Below are positions 54,848 to 64,000 of a stretch of DNA of 64,000 nt, in pieces. Origin of the DNA: Myxococcota bacterium (GTDB lineage: Bacteria > Myxococcota_A > UBA9042 > PHBI01 > JAWLBL01); assembly GCA_041687695.1 (NCBI GenBank), contig JAWLBL010000025.1:64001-128000 (forward strand), written 5' to 3'. The translations under genes were made by a program, and so were the position numbers. Position 1 is the stretch's first letter. Each line of letters opens with the position of its first letter. Under the pieces are notes generated by a model. It had not been told where the DNA came from. It was given only the letters and a program-made list of their open reading frames with translations, and ran no database searches.

Positions 54848-55789
54848 ATGCTGATGCGTTGGATCGGACTCGCGCTCGTCATCGCCGGCACGGCGGTCGC
54901 CGCCATCGCCGCCGCCCGCCCGCCCGCCGGCCTCATCGAGGAGGGGCGCGTCATCCGGCGCGTCGATCTCCTCGGCGAGGCCGCGAAGGCCGCCCGCGAC
55001 GAGTACTGCGCCGCGTTGACCGAGGCGGGCCTCAGCGCCCCCGACGCCTGCCCGCCGCCGGACGCCCCGACGGGACAGCGCCCCGAGGGCGAGCCCCCGC
55101 CGACCCCGGCCGAGCAGCTGGCCGCCGACCGCGACCGCATCGCGCGGCTGCGGCAGGTCCCGCCCGCCGGCCCGGCCCCGCTGCAGACCAAGCGCGAGGC
55201 CTGGCTCACGGCCGAGGCGACCAGCATCGAGGCCCGCGGCGAGGCCGTCACCGTCCAGACCCTGCAGCCGTCCGAGCGCCTGACCAGCTGGCTCGGCCTC
55301 GCCGGGCTCCCCTACGCCGCCGGCCTCGTCCTCATCGTGCTGGGCGCCCTGCTCAGCCGCCGCGCCCAGGCCGCCGCTTCCCGCGGCGACGCGGGGCCGT
55401 CGCGCAAGGGGGCGGCCCCGCTCGACTTCGGCGTGGCCCTGCGCGAGATCACCGAGACCGTCGCCGCCATGGCCGCCGAGGCCGAGGCCCAGGCCGCGCC
55501 CACCCAGGCCGACTTCGACGCGCTCAAGGCGCGCCTCGACGCGCTCACCCTGTCGCACATCGAGCCCGTCGTCGAAGCGCGCGACCGCCTCAAGGCCCGC
55601 TACGGCGTGGCGGGCTTCGCGGCCGTGTTCGGGCCGCTGTCGGCGGGCGAGCGCAACGTCAACCGCGCCTGGTCGGCCCTGGTCGACCAGCACTGGCCCG
55701 AGGCGACCGCCTCGCTGGGCACGGCCGCCGCCTACTTCGGCGAGGCGCGGCGCGAGCTGGACGAGCTGATCAGCGCCAAGCCGACCTGA
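54848..55789 (+). CDS. Hypothetical membrane protein
   Basis: Two hydrophobic segments and a helical C-terminal domain (AGERNVNRAWSALVD); 10 nt after the OPT stop. Confidence 0.7.
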   Translation: MLMRWIGLALVIAGTAVAAIAAARPPAGLIEEGRVIRRVDLLGEAAKAARDEYCAALTEAGLSAPDACPPPDAPTGQRPEGEPPPTPAEQLAADRDRIARLRQVPPAGPAPLQTKREAWLTAEATSIEARGEAVTVQTLQPSERLTSWLGLAGLPYAAGLVLIVLGALLSRRAQAAASRGDAGPSRKGAAPLDFGVALREITETVAAMAAEAEAQAAPTQADFDALKARLDALTLSHIEPVVEARDRLKARYGVAGFAAVFGPLSAGERNVNRAWSALVDQHWPEATASLGTAAAYFGEARRELDELISAKPT

Positions 55790-55853
55790 ACCGTCGGCCC
55801 GAGCCGTGGGCACGGCGCCCTTGAAGGGGCCGACCACCCGCGGCGCGCGCGGC

Positions 55854-58253
55854 TCAGGTGCTCGGGTCGTCGCTGCCCAGCTGGGCGACGGCGGTCCGCA
55901 GCTCGACCAGGTAGGCGCGCCCGCGCTCGACCATCTCGCGGCCGATCTCGAGCGACCGGCGCAGCTCGTTGAGGGTCCGGTCGACGCCCTTGGCCGACTT
56001 CGGCGGCAGGCGCGAGGTCGTCTGCAGCAGCTCGAGCGCCTGCCGCCCGACGCCGATCTCGATCTTCCCCCACTCCTTGACGTCGAGCTCGGCCTCCTCG
56101 ACCGCCTGCTCCATCGCCTGCAGCAGGATGCGCAGCTGGTTGCGCAGCGCGGGCGTGGACTCGTCCGGCAGCGGCGTCGCCGACGCCGGCGGCCCCCCGC
56201 CAAGGGCGATGGCCCCGCCCCCGGAAGCCGCCGCGCCGCCGGCCGTCGCCTCCGACAGCTGGTCGCGCAGCTTGTAGACGTCGGCCTGCAGCGCATCGAT
56301 CTCCCACTGCAGCTCGTCGCGCGCCGCCTCGCCCTCCCGCCGCTCGGCCTCCAGCCGCGCCTCGGCGGCCGTCCGCGCCGTCTGCGCCTCGTCCAGCGCC
56401 CGCTCGAGCTCGGCCACCTGGGTCCTCAGCCGGGGCGCCTCGTCGCCCGGAGCCGCCTCCGACGCCGCCTCGGCCTGCTCGCGCAGCTGCATCACCTCGA
56501 CCTCGAGCTCGCCCAGCTCCCGCGACAGCCGCAGCCCGGCCTCTTCGGCCTCGCGCCGCGCGGTCACGGCGGCCTTCCACGCCGCCTCGACCGTGCCCTT
56601 GTCCTGGGCCGCCTGGTCGCGCGCCGCCTCGGCCTCTCGCAGCGCGGCCTCGGCCTCTCGCAGCGCCGCCTCGCTCTGTCGCAGGGCCACCTCGCTCTGT
56701 CGCAGGGCCGCCTCGGCCGCCTCCTTGTCCGCGGCTGCCTGCGCCCGCGCCGCTTCGGCCCCCTCGAGGGCCCCCTCGGCCGCGCCCTTGTCCAGCAAGG
56801 CCTGGTCGCGCGCCGCCTCGGCCTCCTTCAGGGCCCCCTCGGCCGCGCCCTTGTCCAGCAAGGCCTGGTCGCGCGCGGCCTCGGCGGCCATCAGCGCGTC
56901 GCGCATGCTCTGCAAGGCCTCCTGCGAAGCGTCGATCGCGCGCTCGAGGTCCTCGACCCGATCCGACCCGTTCGCGCGCGCCTCCTCGAGCGCCAGCGTC
57001 AGCTCGGTCGTCCGCGCCCGCGCCCGCTCGATGGCCTTGGTGGCGATGGCCCCCTGCTGCTCCAGCTCCTCGGTCAGCCGCGCCACCTCGGCCCGCGCCG
57101 TCTCCAGCGCGTCCTCGAGCCCCTCACGCGCCCCCTCGGCCTCGGCCGCCGCGCGCGCCAGCCCGTCGTGCAGCCCCCGCAACGTCGCCAGCTCGTCTGC
57201 CGCCTCGTCGCGCTCCGACCGCGCCTGCTGCAGCGCCGCCGTCAGCGCCGCCCGCTCGTCCTCGAGCGCCTCGAGCACCACGCCGTGGCCGGCCTGCTCC
57301 GTCTGGTGCCGGTGCAACGCCGCCTCGGCCTCGGCCAGCGCCGCGCGCAGCGCCTCCATCTCCGCCGCCGTCCCCGCGAGCGCCGCCTCCGCCGCGTCGC
57401 GCGCCTCGGTCAGCGCCGCCCGCTCCGCCTCGAAGGCCGCGCTCGCCGCCGCGATCCCCTCGCGCTCGGCGACCAGGGCGTCCCGCTCGGCCACCGCGGC
57501 GTCCCGCTCGCTCACCGCGACGTCCCGCTGCGCCGCCGCCAGGTCCCGCTCGACCGCCACGGCGTCCCGATCGATCCCCAGCCGATCCCGCTCGGCCATC
57601 AGCCCGTCGCGCTCGCGCTCGGCCGCCTCCCGCGCCTCGGTCAGCGCCGCGAGCTGCACCTCGAGCGCCCGCGCCTGCTCCTGCGCCGCCGCGAGGCTCG
57701 CCTCGAGCCGCTCTCGCTCCTCCATCTGCTCGTGCAGCCGCGTCTCGAGCGCCGCGACCGACTGGTGCAGCGTCCCCAGCGCCCGCTCCTGCTCAGTCCG
57801 GACCTCGGCGTTCTCGGCCTCGGCCAGGGTCAACCGCCGCGCCAGCTGCGCCGCCGACTTCTCGGCCAGCTCGGCCCGCGCCTCCGCCGCCTGCGCCAGG
57901 CTCACCACCTGCCCGGCCGCGTCCAGGTACTGCTGCAGCGCCGACAGCGTGAAGCCGGGCAGCGGCGGCGCCGCCGGCCGCGTCCCGTCATCGACGACCA
58001 CCACGTCGGGATCGTCCAGCACGATCTCGTGGTCGGCCACCGAGGCCGGGTCCGTCAACGCCGCCCTGGCCGCCAGCAGCTGCTCGCGCGTCTTCAGGAC
58101 CAGCGCGAGCGGGCTCGCCCCCCACTCGGCCGTGACCTCGTTCTCCTCGTCGAAGCCCGGATCGCTGCACTCGTCGGGCTGCGGCGCCGCCAAAGTGGCT
58201 TCGTCCACCAGCGGTAGATCGGTCTCCGTCGTCGCCCCGACTTCTCCAGACAT
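55854..58253 (-). CDS. Long Ala/Glu-rich coiled-coil protein without a recognisable ATPase head
   Basis: More than 500 aa of heptad pattern with internal 7- and 21-aa repeats; start approximate. Confidence 0.8.
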   Translation of the reverse strand: MSGEVGATTETDLPLVDEATLAAPQPDECSDPGFDEENEVTAEWGASPLALVLKTREQLLAARAALTDPASVADHEIVLDDPDVVVVDDGTRPAAPPLPGFTLSALQQYLDAAGQVVSLAQAAEARAELAEKSAAQLARRLTLAEAENAEVRTEQERALGTLHQSVAALETRLHEQMEERERLEASLAAAQEQARALEVQLAALTEAREAAERERDGLMAERDRLGIDRDAVAVERDLAAAQRDVAVSERDAAVAERDALVAEREGIAAASAAFEAERAALTEARDAAEAALAGTAAEMEALRAALAEAEAALHRHQTEQAGHGVVLEALEDERAALTAALQQARSERDEAADELATLRGLHDGLARAAAEAEGAREGLEDALETARAEVARLTEELEQQGAIATKAIERARARTTELTLALEEARANGSDRVEDLERAIDASQEALQSMRDALMAAEAARDQALLDKGAAEGALKEAEAARDQALLDKGAAEGALEGAEAARAQAAADKEAAEAALRQSEVALRQSEAALREAEAALREAEAARDQAAQDKGTVEAAWKAAVTARREAEEAGLRLSRELGELEVEVMQLREQAEAASEAAPGDEAPRLRTQVAELERALDEAQTARTAAEARLEAERREGEAARDELQWEIDALQADVYKLRDQLSEATAGGAAASGGGAIALGGGPPASATPLPDESTPALRNQLRILLQAMEQAVEEAELDVKEWGKIEIGVGRQALELLQTTSRLPPKSAKGVDRTLNELRRSLEIGREMVERGRAYLVELRTAVAQLGSDDPST
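56595..56885 (-). repeat. Intragenic 63-bp and 21-bp tandem repeats
   Basis: 56767-56822 vs 56830-56885 differ at one base; 21-bp units encode (S/A)E(A/V)ALR(Q/E). Confidence 0.8.
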
Positions 58254-58448
58254 CCGCCGCCTGCTCTCCGTCTCGGTCCCCACGTCGCGCGCCCCCAGGC
58301 AAATGATCGGGCCGTGCCCGATCCGACACACTTCTTATCAGTACGGCCGCGCTCGGGCAATGCGCCGCCCCCCGGTCAGGCGTCACCGTCGTTGCCAACC
58401 GACCCCGTCAGGGCCTATGGTGGCCGGTCAACGTCCCGCGAGGCCTCC

Positions 58449-59687
58449 TTGGGCAAGGTACACATTCGATCGAAGGGCCGCTCCGATGGACGCGGCGCCG
58501 CGGCTCCCCAGGTCGGCCGCTCCTCCAGCGCCACCCCGGCGCGGCCATCGTCTCCCTACGCGTCACCGTGGGTGCCCCTCGCCGCCCTCGCGGTCGTCAC
58601 GGCCGCGCTCGTCGCCTGGCACCTGCGCGCCGGCGCGGACGCCGACGAGGCGCCGGCGGCCTCACAGCGCCTCCCCGACGTCGCCGCCCTCGACCCGTAC
58701 GCCCCCGGGGACGCCGAGCAGCTCGCCCAGGCGGGCCGCGCGCTGACGCCCGCTCAAGCCGAGCGGCTCGAGGCAAGCCTCGGAGCAGGGCAGGGCGACC
58801 ACGCCCTGCGCACCCAGCTCGTCGGCTATTACGCCGGCGCGGGCGTGGACCGGGCCACCCGCGCCCGCCTGGGCCTGCACGTCGCCTGGTTCGCACGCCA
58901 CGCCCCCGAGGCCGCCGTCCTGGGCACCCCGTGGGCCCGGCTGACCCCCGCCGACCCCTCCTGGGCCGAGGTCGAGGCCGCCTTCGCCACCCACACCGAC
59001 CGCGCGGACGCCTCGCCCGCCACCCTACGCCACGCGGCCCGGTTCTTCGGCTCGTTCGCGCCCGAGCGCGCCATCGCGCTCCTCGAGCGCGGCGCCGCCC
59101 TCGAGCCGGCGAACCCCGACTGGGCCTACGCCATCGGCCGCGCCGAGGCCGAGGCCCGCGCCCTGGCAAGCAGCGAGGCCTCAGGGCTCCCCGCCGAGCA
59201 GGCCGCCCCAGTGTTGGCCCTGGTCCAGCCCGAGCTGGTGGACGAGGCCGCCGGCGTCCCCTTCCAGGATCTCGCCGACGCCGCCACCCGCGCCCTCGCC
59301 GACGGCCAGCGCGCCCGGGCCGCCGCCTACGCCAACCACGCCCTCGAGAGCGCCCGGCGCCACGTCGAGCACCACGCCCACGGCTACGTCTTCCATCACT
59401 GCAACATCGTGCTCGGCCGCCTCGCCCTGCGCCTCGACCACGTCGCCCTCGCCGAGGCCTACCTGCTGCGCGCCACGCGGGCCCTGCGCTCCCCGCGCCT
59501 GTCCAGCGGCGGCCCCGACACGACCCTGGCGGCCGAGCTGCTCGCGCGCGGGCGCCGCGACGCCGTCCTGACCTACCTCGAGCGCGTCGGCCACCTGTGG
59601 CCCGCCGGCCGCGAGGGCGGCCACCTCGCCCGCTGGCGCGCCGAGATCAAGGACGACCGCGTCCCCACGTTCGACAAGAGCCTCTGA
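58449..59687 (+). CDS. Hypothetical membrane-anchored TPR-like protein
   Basis: Single TM (WVPLAALAVVTAALVAW), helical repeats (ALLERGAALEPANPDW). Start uncertain (TTG 58449 or GTG 58572). Confidence 0.6.
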   Translation: MGKVHIRSKGRSDGRGAAAPQVGRSSSATPARPSSPYASPWVPLAALAVVTAALVAWHLRAGADADEAPAASQRLPDVAALDPYAPGDAEQLAQAGRALTPAQAERLEASLGAGQGDHALRTQLVGYYAGAGVDRATRARLGLHVAWFARHAPEAAVLGTPWARLTPADPSWAEVEAAFATHTDRADASPATLRHAARFFGSFAPERAIALLERGAALEPANPDWAYAIGRAEAEARALASSEASGLPAEQAAPVLALVQPELVDEAAGVPFQDLADAATRALADGQRARAAAYANHALESARRHVEHHAHGYVFHHCNIVLGRLALRLDHVALAEAYLLRATRALRSPRLSSGGPDTTLAAELLARGRRDAVLTYLERVGHLWPAGREGGHLARWRAEIKDDRVPTFDKSL

Positions 59688-59715
59688 GGCCGGCGACGAG
59701 CGCCGCCGACGCCGG

Positions 59716-60684
59716 TCACAGCCGCGCGACGAGCGCGTCCAGCAGCGCGCCCGGGGCCGTCTCGACCGGCAGCGCGGCCAGCAGCGCCAGCAGGCCCGCT
59801 TCCCCGCCCAGCCGATCGGCCGCCAGCGTCCCGTACAGCTCGCGAAAGCGCCGCGCGACCTGCTCGCGCAGCCGGCCCTCGCGCGCCGCCGGCAGCCGGT
59901 CCGCCTGCGCCTGCCGGTGCCGCTCCAGCGCCTCGGCCAGCGCCTCGACGCCTTGGCCGTCGGCCGCGCTGGTCAGCACGATCTCGACGTCCTCGCGTCC
60001 CAGCGACGCCAGCGCCCCGCGGAGATCCGACCGCGTCCGCCGCGCCACCGCGCCCAGATCGGCCTTGTTCACGGCGAGCACGTCCGGGATCTCCATCAGC
60101 CCGGCCTTCAGGAACTGCAGGGTGTCCCCGCTGGCCGGCTGCACGATGACCAGGGTCGTGTCGGCCACCGTCGTCACGTCGGTCTCCGACTGGCCCACGC
60201 CCACGGTCTCGACCAGCACGCGGTCGCAACCGGCCCGCAGCGCCAGCACGGCCTCGAAGGTGGCCGGCGCCAGCCCACCCAGCCGGTCGCGCGCCGCCAT
60301 CGACCGGATGAACAGCCCGGGATCGCGCTCTCGCCCGGGCGCCGCCATGCGCGCCCGGTCCCCCAGCAGCGCCCCGCCCGAGCGGCGCGAGCTGGGGTCG
60401 ACCGCCACGACGCCCACGGTCCAGCCGCGCGCGCGCCAGTCGCCCAGCAGCCGCCCCACCAGGGTGGATTTCCCGACCCCGGGCGGCCCGGTCACGCCCA
60501 CCACCTGGCCGCCTGGCCGCGGCCGCGCGGTCAGCGCGTCGACCAACGCCCGCGCGGTCTGGCGGTCCTCGGGGCGGGTCGACTCGAGCAGGTTCATCGC
60601 CCGCGCGAGGGCCCCGCGCTCGCCGCGCGCGACGGCCTCGGCCGCGGAGGGCGCCCCGTCCACGGCCCCAGCGCCCCGCGTCAC
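59716..60684 (-). CDS. meaB: Mutase-associated GTPase MeaB
   Basis: GVTGPPGVGKST, AVDPSS, GGALLGDRARM, ETVGVGQSE, VNKAD. Confidence 0.92.
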   Translation of the reverse strand: MTRGAGAVDGAPSAAEAVARGERGALARAMNLLESTRPEDRQTARALVDALTARPRPGGQVVGVTGPPGVGKSTLVGRLLGDWRARGWTVGVVAVDPSSRRSGGALLGDRARMAAPGRERDPGLFIRSMAARDRLGGLAPATFEAVLALRAGCDRVLVETVGVGQSETDVTTVADTTLVIVQPASGDTLQFLKAGLMEIPDVLAVNKADLGAVARRTRSDLRGALASLGREDVEIVLTSAADGQGVEALAEALERHRQAQADRLPAAREGRLREQVARRFRELYGTLAADRLGGEAGLLALLAALPVETAPGALLDALVARL

Positions 60685-62702
60685 GCCGCCCGGCCGTGCC
60701 GTTCGGCGACCAGGCCGGCGATGTCGGCCATGATGGCGTTGAGGTCGAAGTTCGCGGGCGTGAAGACCCGGGCGACGCCCGCCCCCAGCAGCGCCTGGCG
60801 GTCGGCCTCGGGGATGATGCCGCCCACGATGACCGGCACGTGGCCGAGATCGCGCTCGGCCAGCAGCTGCACGACCCGCGGCACCAGCTCGAGGTGGCTG
60901 CCCGACAGGATGGACAGCCCCACGGCGTGCACGCCCTCGTCCTCGGCGGCCGAGGCGATCTGCTCGGGCGTCAGCCGGATGCCCTCGTAGACCACCTCCA
61001 TCCCGGCGTCGCGCGCCCGCACGGCGACCTGCTCGGCCCCGTTCGAGTGCCCGTCCAGCCCCGGCTTGCCGACCAGCAGCTTCAGCCGCCGGCCCAGCGC
61101 CCCGCTGACCTCGTCGACCGCCCGCCTGGCCTTGGCCAGCCCGTCGCCCTCGTCGGCGCGGACCTCTCCGCCCTGGCCGCCGACGCCGGTCGGCGCCCGG
61201 AACTCGCCGAAGACCTCGCGCAGGGTGCGCCCCCACTCGCCGGTGGTCACGCCCGCGGCGGCGCAGCGCAGGCTGGCCTCCATCACGTTCGTGCCCGCCC
61301 GCGCCGCGTCCTTCAGCTGCGTCAGCGCGGCCTCGACCTCGCCCTCGCCGCGCTGGGCGCGCCAGGCCTCGAGCCTCGCCACCTGCTCGCGCTCGGCCGC
61401 CGGGTCGACCGTCAGGATGCCGCCGTCGTCGCTGGCCGTCAGCGGCGACGGGGCCGACTCGCGCCACCGGTTGACGCCGACCACGACCTGCTCGCCGGCC
61501 TCGATGCGGCGCAGGCGCGCGGCGTTCGCCTCGACCAGGCGCTGCTTCATCGCGCCGGTCCCGACCGCCTCCATCACGCCGCCCTGCCGCTCGATCCAGT
61601 CCAGCTCGGCCAGCACCTGCGCCTCGAGCGCGTCCTCGAGGCGCTCGATCTCGCGCGACCCGTCGAACAGGTCGCCGTACTCGAGGAGATCGGTCTCGTT
61701 GGCCAGGATCTGCTGCAGGCGCAGCGACCACTGCTGGTCCCACGGCCGCGGCAGGCCCAGCGCCTCGTTCCAGGCGGGCAGCTGCACGGCCCGCGCGCGC
61801 GCCCGCTTGGACAGCACGACGCCCAGCATCTCGAGCGCGATGCGGTAGACGTTGTTCTCGGGCTGCTGCTCGGTCAGCCCCAGCGAGTTGACCTGCACGC
61901 CGTAGCGGAACCGCCGCAGCTTGGGGTCCTGCACGCCGTAGCGCTCGAGCGTCAGCCGCTCCCACAGCCGCCCCATCACCCGCAGCTTGACCAGCTCCTC
62001 GACGAAGCGGATGCCCGCGTTGACGAAGAAGCTGATGCGGCCGACCACCTCGGGGAAGGCGGCCTCGGGCACGTCACTGCGGCCCTTGACGGCGTCCAGC
62101 AGCGTCAGCGCGTTGGCCAGCGCGTAGCTGACCTCGAGCACCGGCGTGGCCCCGGCCTCCTGCAGGTGGTAGCTGCAGATGTTGACGGGGTTCCAGTGGG
62201 GCAGCTCGCGGACCGTGAAGGCGACCACGTCCGACTGCAGCCGCAGCGACGGCGCCGGCGGCAGCATGTAGGTCCCGCGCGACAGGAACTCCTTGACCAG
62301 ATCGTTCTGCGTCGTGCCGCGCAGGGCCGCCCGCGCCGCCCCCTGCCGCTCGGCGACCGTCACGTACAGCGCCAGCAGCCACGGCGCCGTCGCGTTGATG
62401 GTCATCGAGGTGTTCATCTCGGCCAGCGGGATGCCCTGGAACAGGGCCTCCATGTCGCCGAGGTGGCCGATGGGCACCCCGACCTTGCCGACCTCGCCGC
62501 GCGCCAGCGGATCGTCGCCGTCGTAGCCCGTCTGCGTGGGCAGATCGAAGGCCACCGACAGCCCCGTCTGCCCCCGCGCCAGGTTCTCGCGGTACAGCGC
62601 GTTGGACGCCGCGGCCGACGAGTGCCCCGAGTAGGTCCGCATGACCCAGGGCCGGTCCCGCCGCCCCTGGGCCGCCGCCTGCGACGCCGCCCGCTCGCTC
62701 AT
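60681..62702 (-). CDS. ecm: Ethylmalonyl-CoA mutase (MeaA/Ecm, B12-dependent)
   Basis: RTYSGHSS (Ecm-type, versus RQYAGF in methylmalonyl-CoA mutase), FRYGVQVNSLGLTE, B12 motif GLDGHSNGAEQ; coupled to ccr. Confidence 0.88.
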   Translation of the reverse strand: MSERAASQAAAQGRRDRPWVMRTYSGHSSAAASNALYRENLARGQTGLSVAFDLPTQTGYDGDDPLARGEVGKVGVPIGHLGDMEALFQGIPLAEMNTSMTINATAPWLLALYVTVAERQGAARAALRGTTQNDLVKEFLSRGTYMLPPAPSLRLQSDVVAFTVRELPHWNPVNICSYHLQEAGATPVLEVSYALANALTLLDAVKGRSDVPEAAFPEVVGRISFFVNAGIRFVEELVKLRVMGRLWERLTLERYGVQDPKLRRFRYGVQVNSLGLTEQQPENNVYRIALEMLGVVLSKRARARAVQLPAWNEALGLPRPWDQQWSLRLQQILANETDLLEYGDLFDGSREIERLEDALEAQVLAELDWIERQGGVMEAVGTGAMKQRLVEANAARLRRIEAGEQVVVGVNRWRESAPSPLTASDDGGILTVDPAAEREQVARLEAWRAQRGEGEVEAALTQLKDAARAGTNVMEASLRCAAAGVTTGEWGRTLREVFGEFRAPTGVGGQGGEVRADEGDGLAKARRAVDEVSGALGRRLKLLVGKPGLDGHSNGAEQVAVRARDAGMEVVYEGIRLTPEQIASAAEDEGVHAVGLSILSGSHLELVPRVVQLLAERDLGHVPVIVGGIIPEADRQALLGAGVARVFTPANFDLNAIMADIAGLVAERHGRAA

Positions 62703-63970
62703 CCCTGCGCCTGCCGGCTCTCGGCCAGGTTGCGGCAGCCCGGGACGGTCGCGTTCACCTGGATGGCCATGTTCCCCGGCGGGTGCTTGTTGTCCATCAT
62801 CAGCTGGTGCGCGAGGCCCGTCTCTTCGAAGGCGAAGGCCCGGCTCAGGCCCGTGTCGATCTTGCCGTCCATCACCAGGTGGTTGGCCTCGTCGGCCTCG
62901 TACATGCTGGCGAAGTGGCTGCCCTGGATGCGCTTTTGCCGCATCCACACGTAGCGCGCGTCGAAGGTGATGTTGTAGCCGGTCGTGCCGGCGCAGAAGA
63001 CGACCATGCCGCCGCGGCGCACGACGTAGCAGCTGACCGGGAAGGTCTGCTCGCCGGGGTGCTCGAAGACGATGTCGACGTCGACGCCGCCGGTGATGGC
63101 GTAGATGGCCTTGCCGAACTCGCGGACCTTCTTGACGTACTTCTTGTAGCCGTCCACGTCGGCCGTGTCGGGCAGCGCCCCCCAGCAGTCGAAGTCCTTG
63201 CGGTTGATGTACGCCTTGGCGCCCAACTCCAGGCAGTAGGCGCCCTTGTCGTCGCTGGAGACGACCGCGATGGCGTTGGCGCCGGCCGCGCGGCAGATCT
63301 GGATGGCCATGGTGCCCAGGCCGCCCGAGCCGCCCCAGACGAGCACGTTCATCGCCGGCTTGAGCGTGTGTGGCGCGTGGCCGTACAGCATGCGCCAGGC
63401 GGTCGCGTAGACCAGCATGTAGCAGCCGGCCTGCTCCCAGGTCAGGTGCTTGGGCTTGGGCAGCAGCTGCTGGGCCTGCACGCGCGTGAACTGCGCGAAG
63501 CTGCCGTCGGTGGTCTCGTAGCCGTAGATCTGCTGCTCGCGGCACAGCATCGGCTCGCCGCCGTTGCAGTTGTGGCACTGCCCGCAGGTCTGGTTGCAGT
63601 GGACGATGACCTCGTCTCCGACCTTCCAGCGGCGCACGGCCGAGCCGACCTTCCACACGATGCCCGAGGCGTCGGAGCCGGCGACGTGGTAGGGCTGCTT
63701 GTGGATGTCGAGCGGGCTCAGGGGCACGCCCAGGCCGGCCCAGACGCCGTTGTAGTTCACGCCCGAGGCCATGACGTAGACGAGCACCTCGTCGGGGCCG
63801 ATCTCGGGGACCGGGACCACCTCGGGCTGAAACGCCTGCGGCGGCGGGCCGTGGCGCTCGCGACGGATCGTCATCGCGTGCATCTCGGCGGGGACCAGGC
63901 CGAGCGGCGGGATCTCGCCGAGCGCGTAAACCTGCTTCGCTCCGGATTCCTGGAACGCGGCCTGGGTCAT
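62699..63970 (-). CDS. ccr: Crotonyl-CoA carboxylase/reductase
   Basis: VMASGVNYNGVWA, GSDASG, GYETTDGSFAQF, VFEHPG, WMRQKRIQGSHFA, HPPGNM. Confidence 0.93.
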   Translation of the reverse strand: MTQAAFQESGAKQVYALGEIPPLGLVPAEMHAMTIRRERHGPPPQAFQPEVVPVPEIGPDEVLVYVMASGVNYNGVWAGLGVPLSPLDIHKQPYHVAGSDASGIVWKVGSAVRRWKVGDEVIVHCNQTCGQCHNCNGGEPMLCREQQIYGYETTDGSFAQFTRVQAQQLLPKPKHLTWEQAGCYMLVYATAWRMLYGHAPHTLKPAMNVLVWGGSGGLGTMAIQICRAAGANAIAVVSSDDKGAYCLELGAKAYINRKDFDCWGALPDTADVDGYKKYVKKVREFGKAIYAITGGVDVDIVFEHPGEQTFPVSCYVVRRGGMVVFCAGTTGYNITFDARYVWMRQKRIQGSHFASMYEADEANHLVMDGKIDTGLSRAFAFEETGLAHQLMMDNKHPPGNMAIQVNATVPGCRNLAESRQAQG

Positions 63971-64000
63971 TCGATTGCCTCCGTGGTGGGCCGTGGGGGA

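Overview
A very GC-rich (roughly 75% by eye), densely coding bacterial chromosome segment. Cys/Asp-rich repeat lipoproteins, a PEGA protein and a kinase-ATPase-TPR protein suggest a Myxococcota-like organism (inference). About 44 CDSs are supported; most long ORFs in the track are antisense or out-of-frame shadows. No rRNA, tRNA, CRISPR array, transposase or integrase was seen. Content, left to right: partial thiI, rsuA, two DNA methyltransferases with a MazG/DCTPP1-like pyrophosphatase and moeA, holC, PEGA and LamG surface proteins, an rlmL-like gene, a heterodimeric ABC exporter coupled to an atypical Hsp70, a Baeyer-Villiger monooxygenase, a pseudokinase-ATPase-TPR protein, two collinear ~1620-aa repeat/beta-propeller lipoproteins, folA-thyA divergent from a MutH-like gene, tkt-pdxB, a palindromic 41/42-bp intergenic repeat, fadB/fadA-type genes, an OPT transporter, a long coiled-coil protein and a ccr-ecm-meaB operon. 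The best leads are the MutH gene with no dam in the window, the nuclease-less methyltransferase pair plus pyrophosphatase, a Ccr retaining a structural Zn motif, the pseudokinase, and repeated leaderless-type promoters. All family assignments come from motif recognition by eye; no database searches were run.
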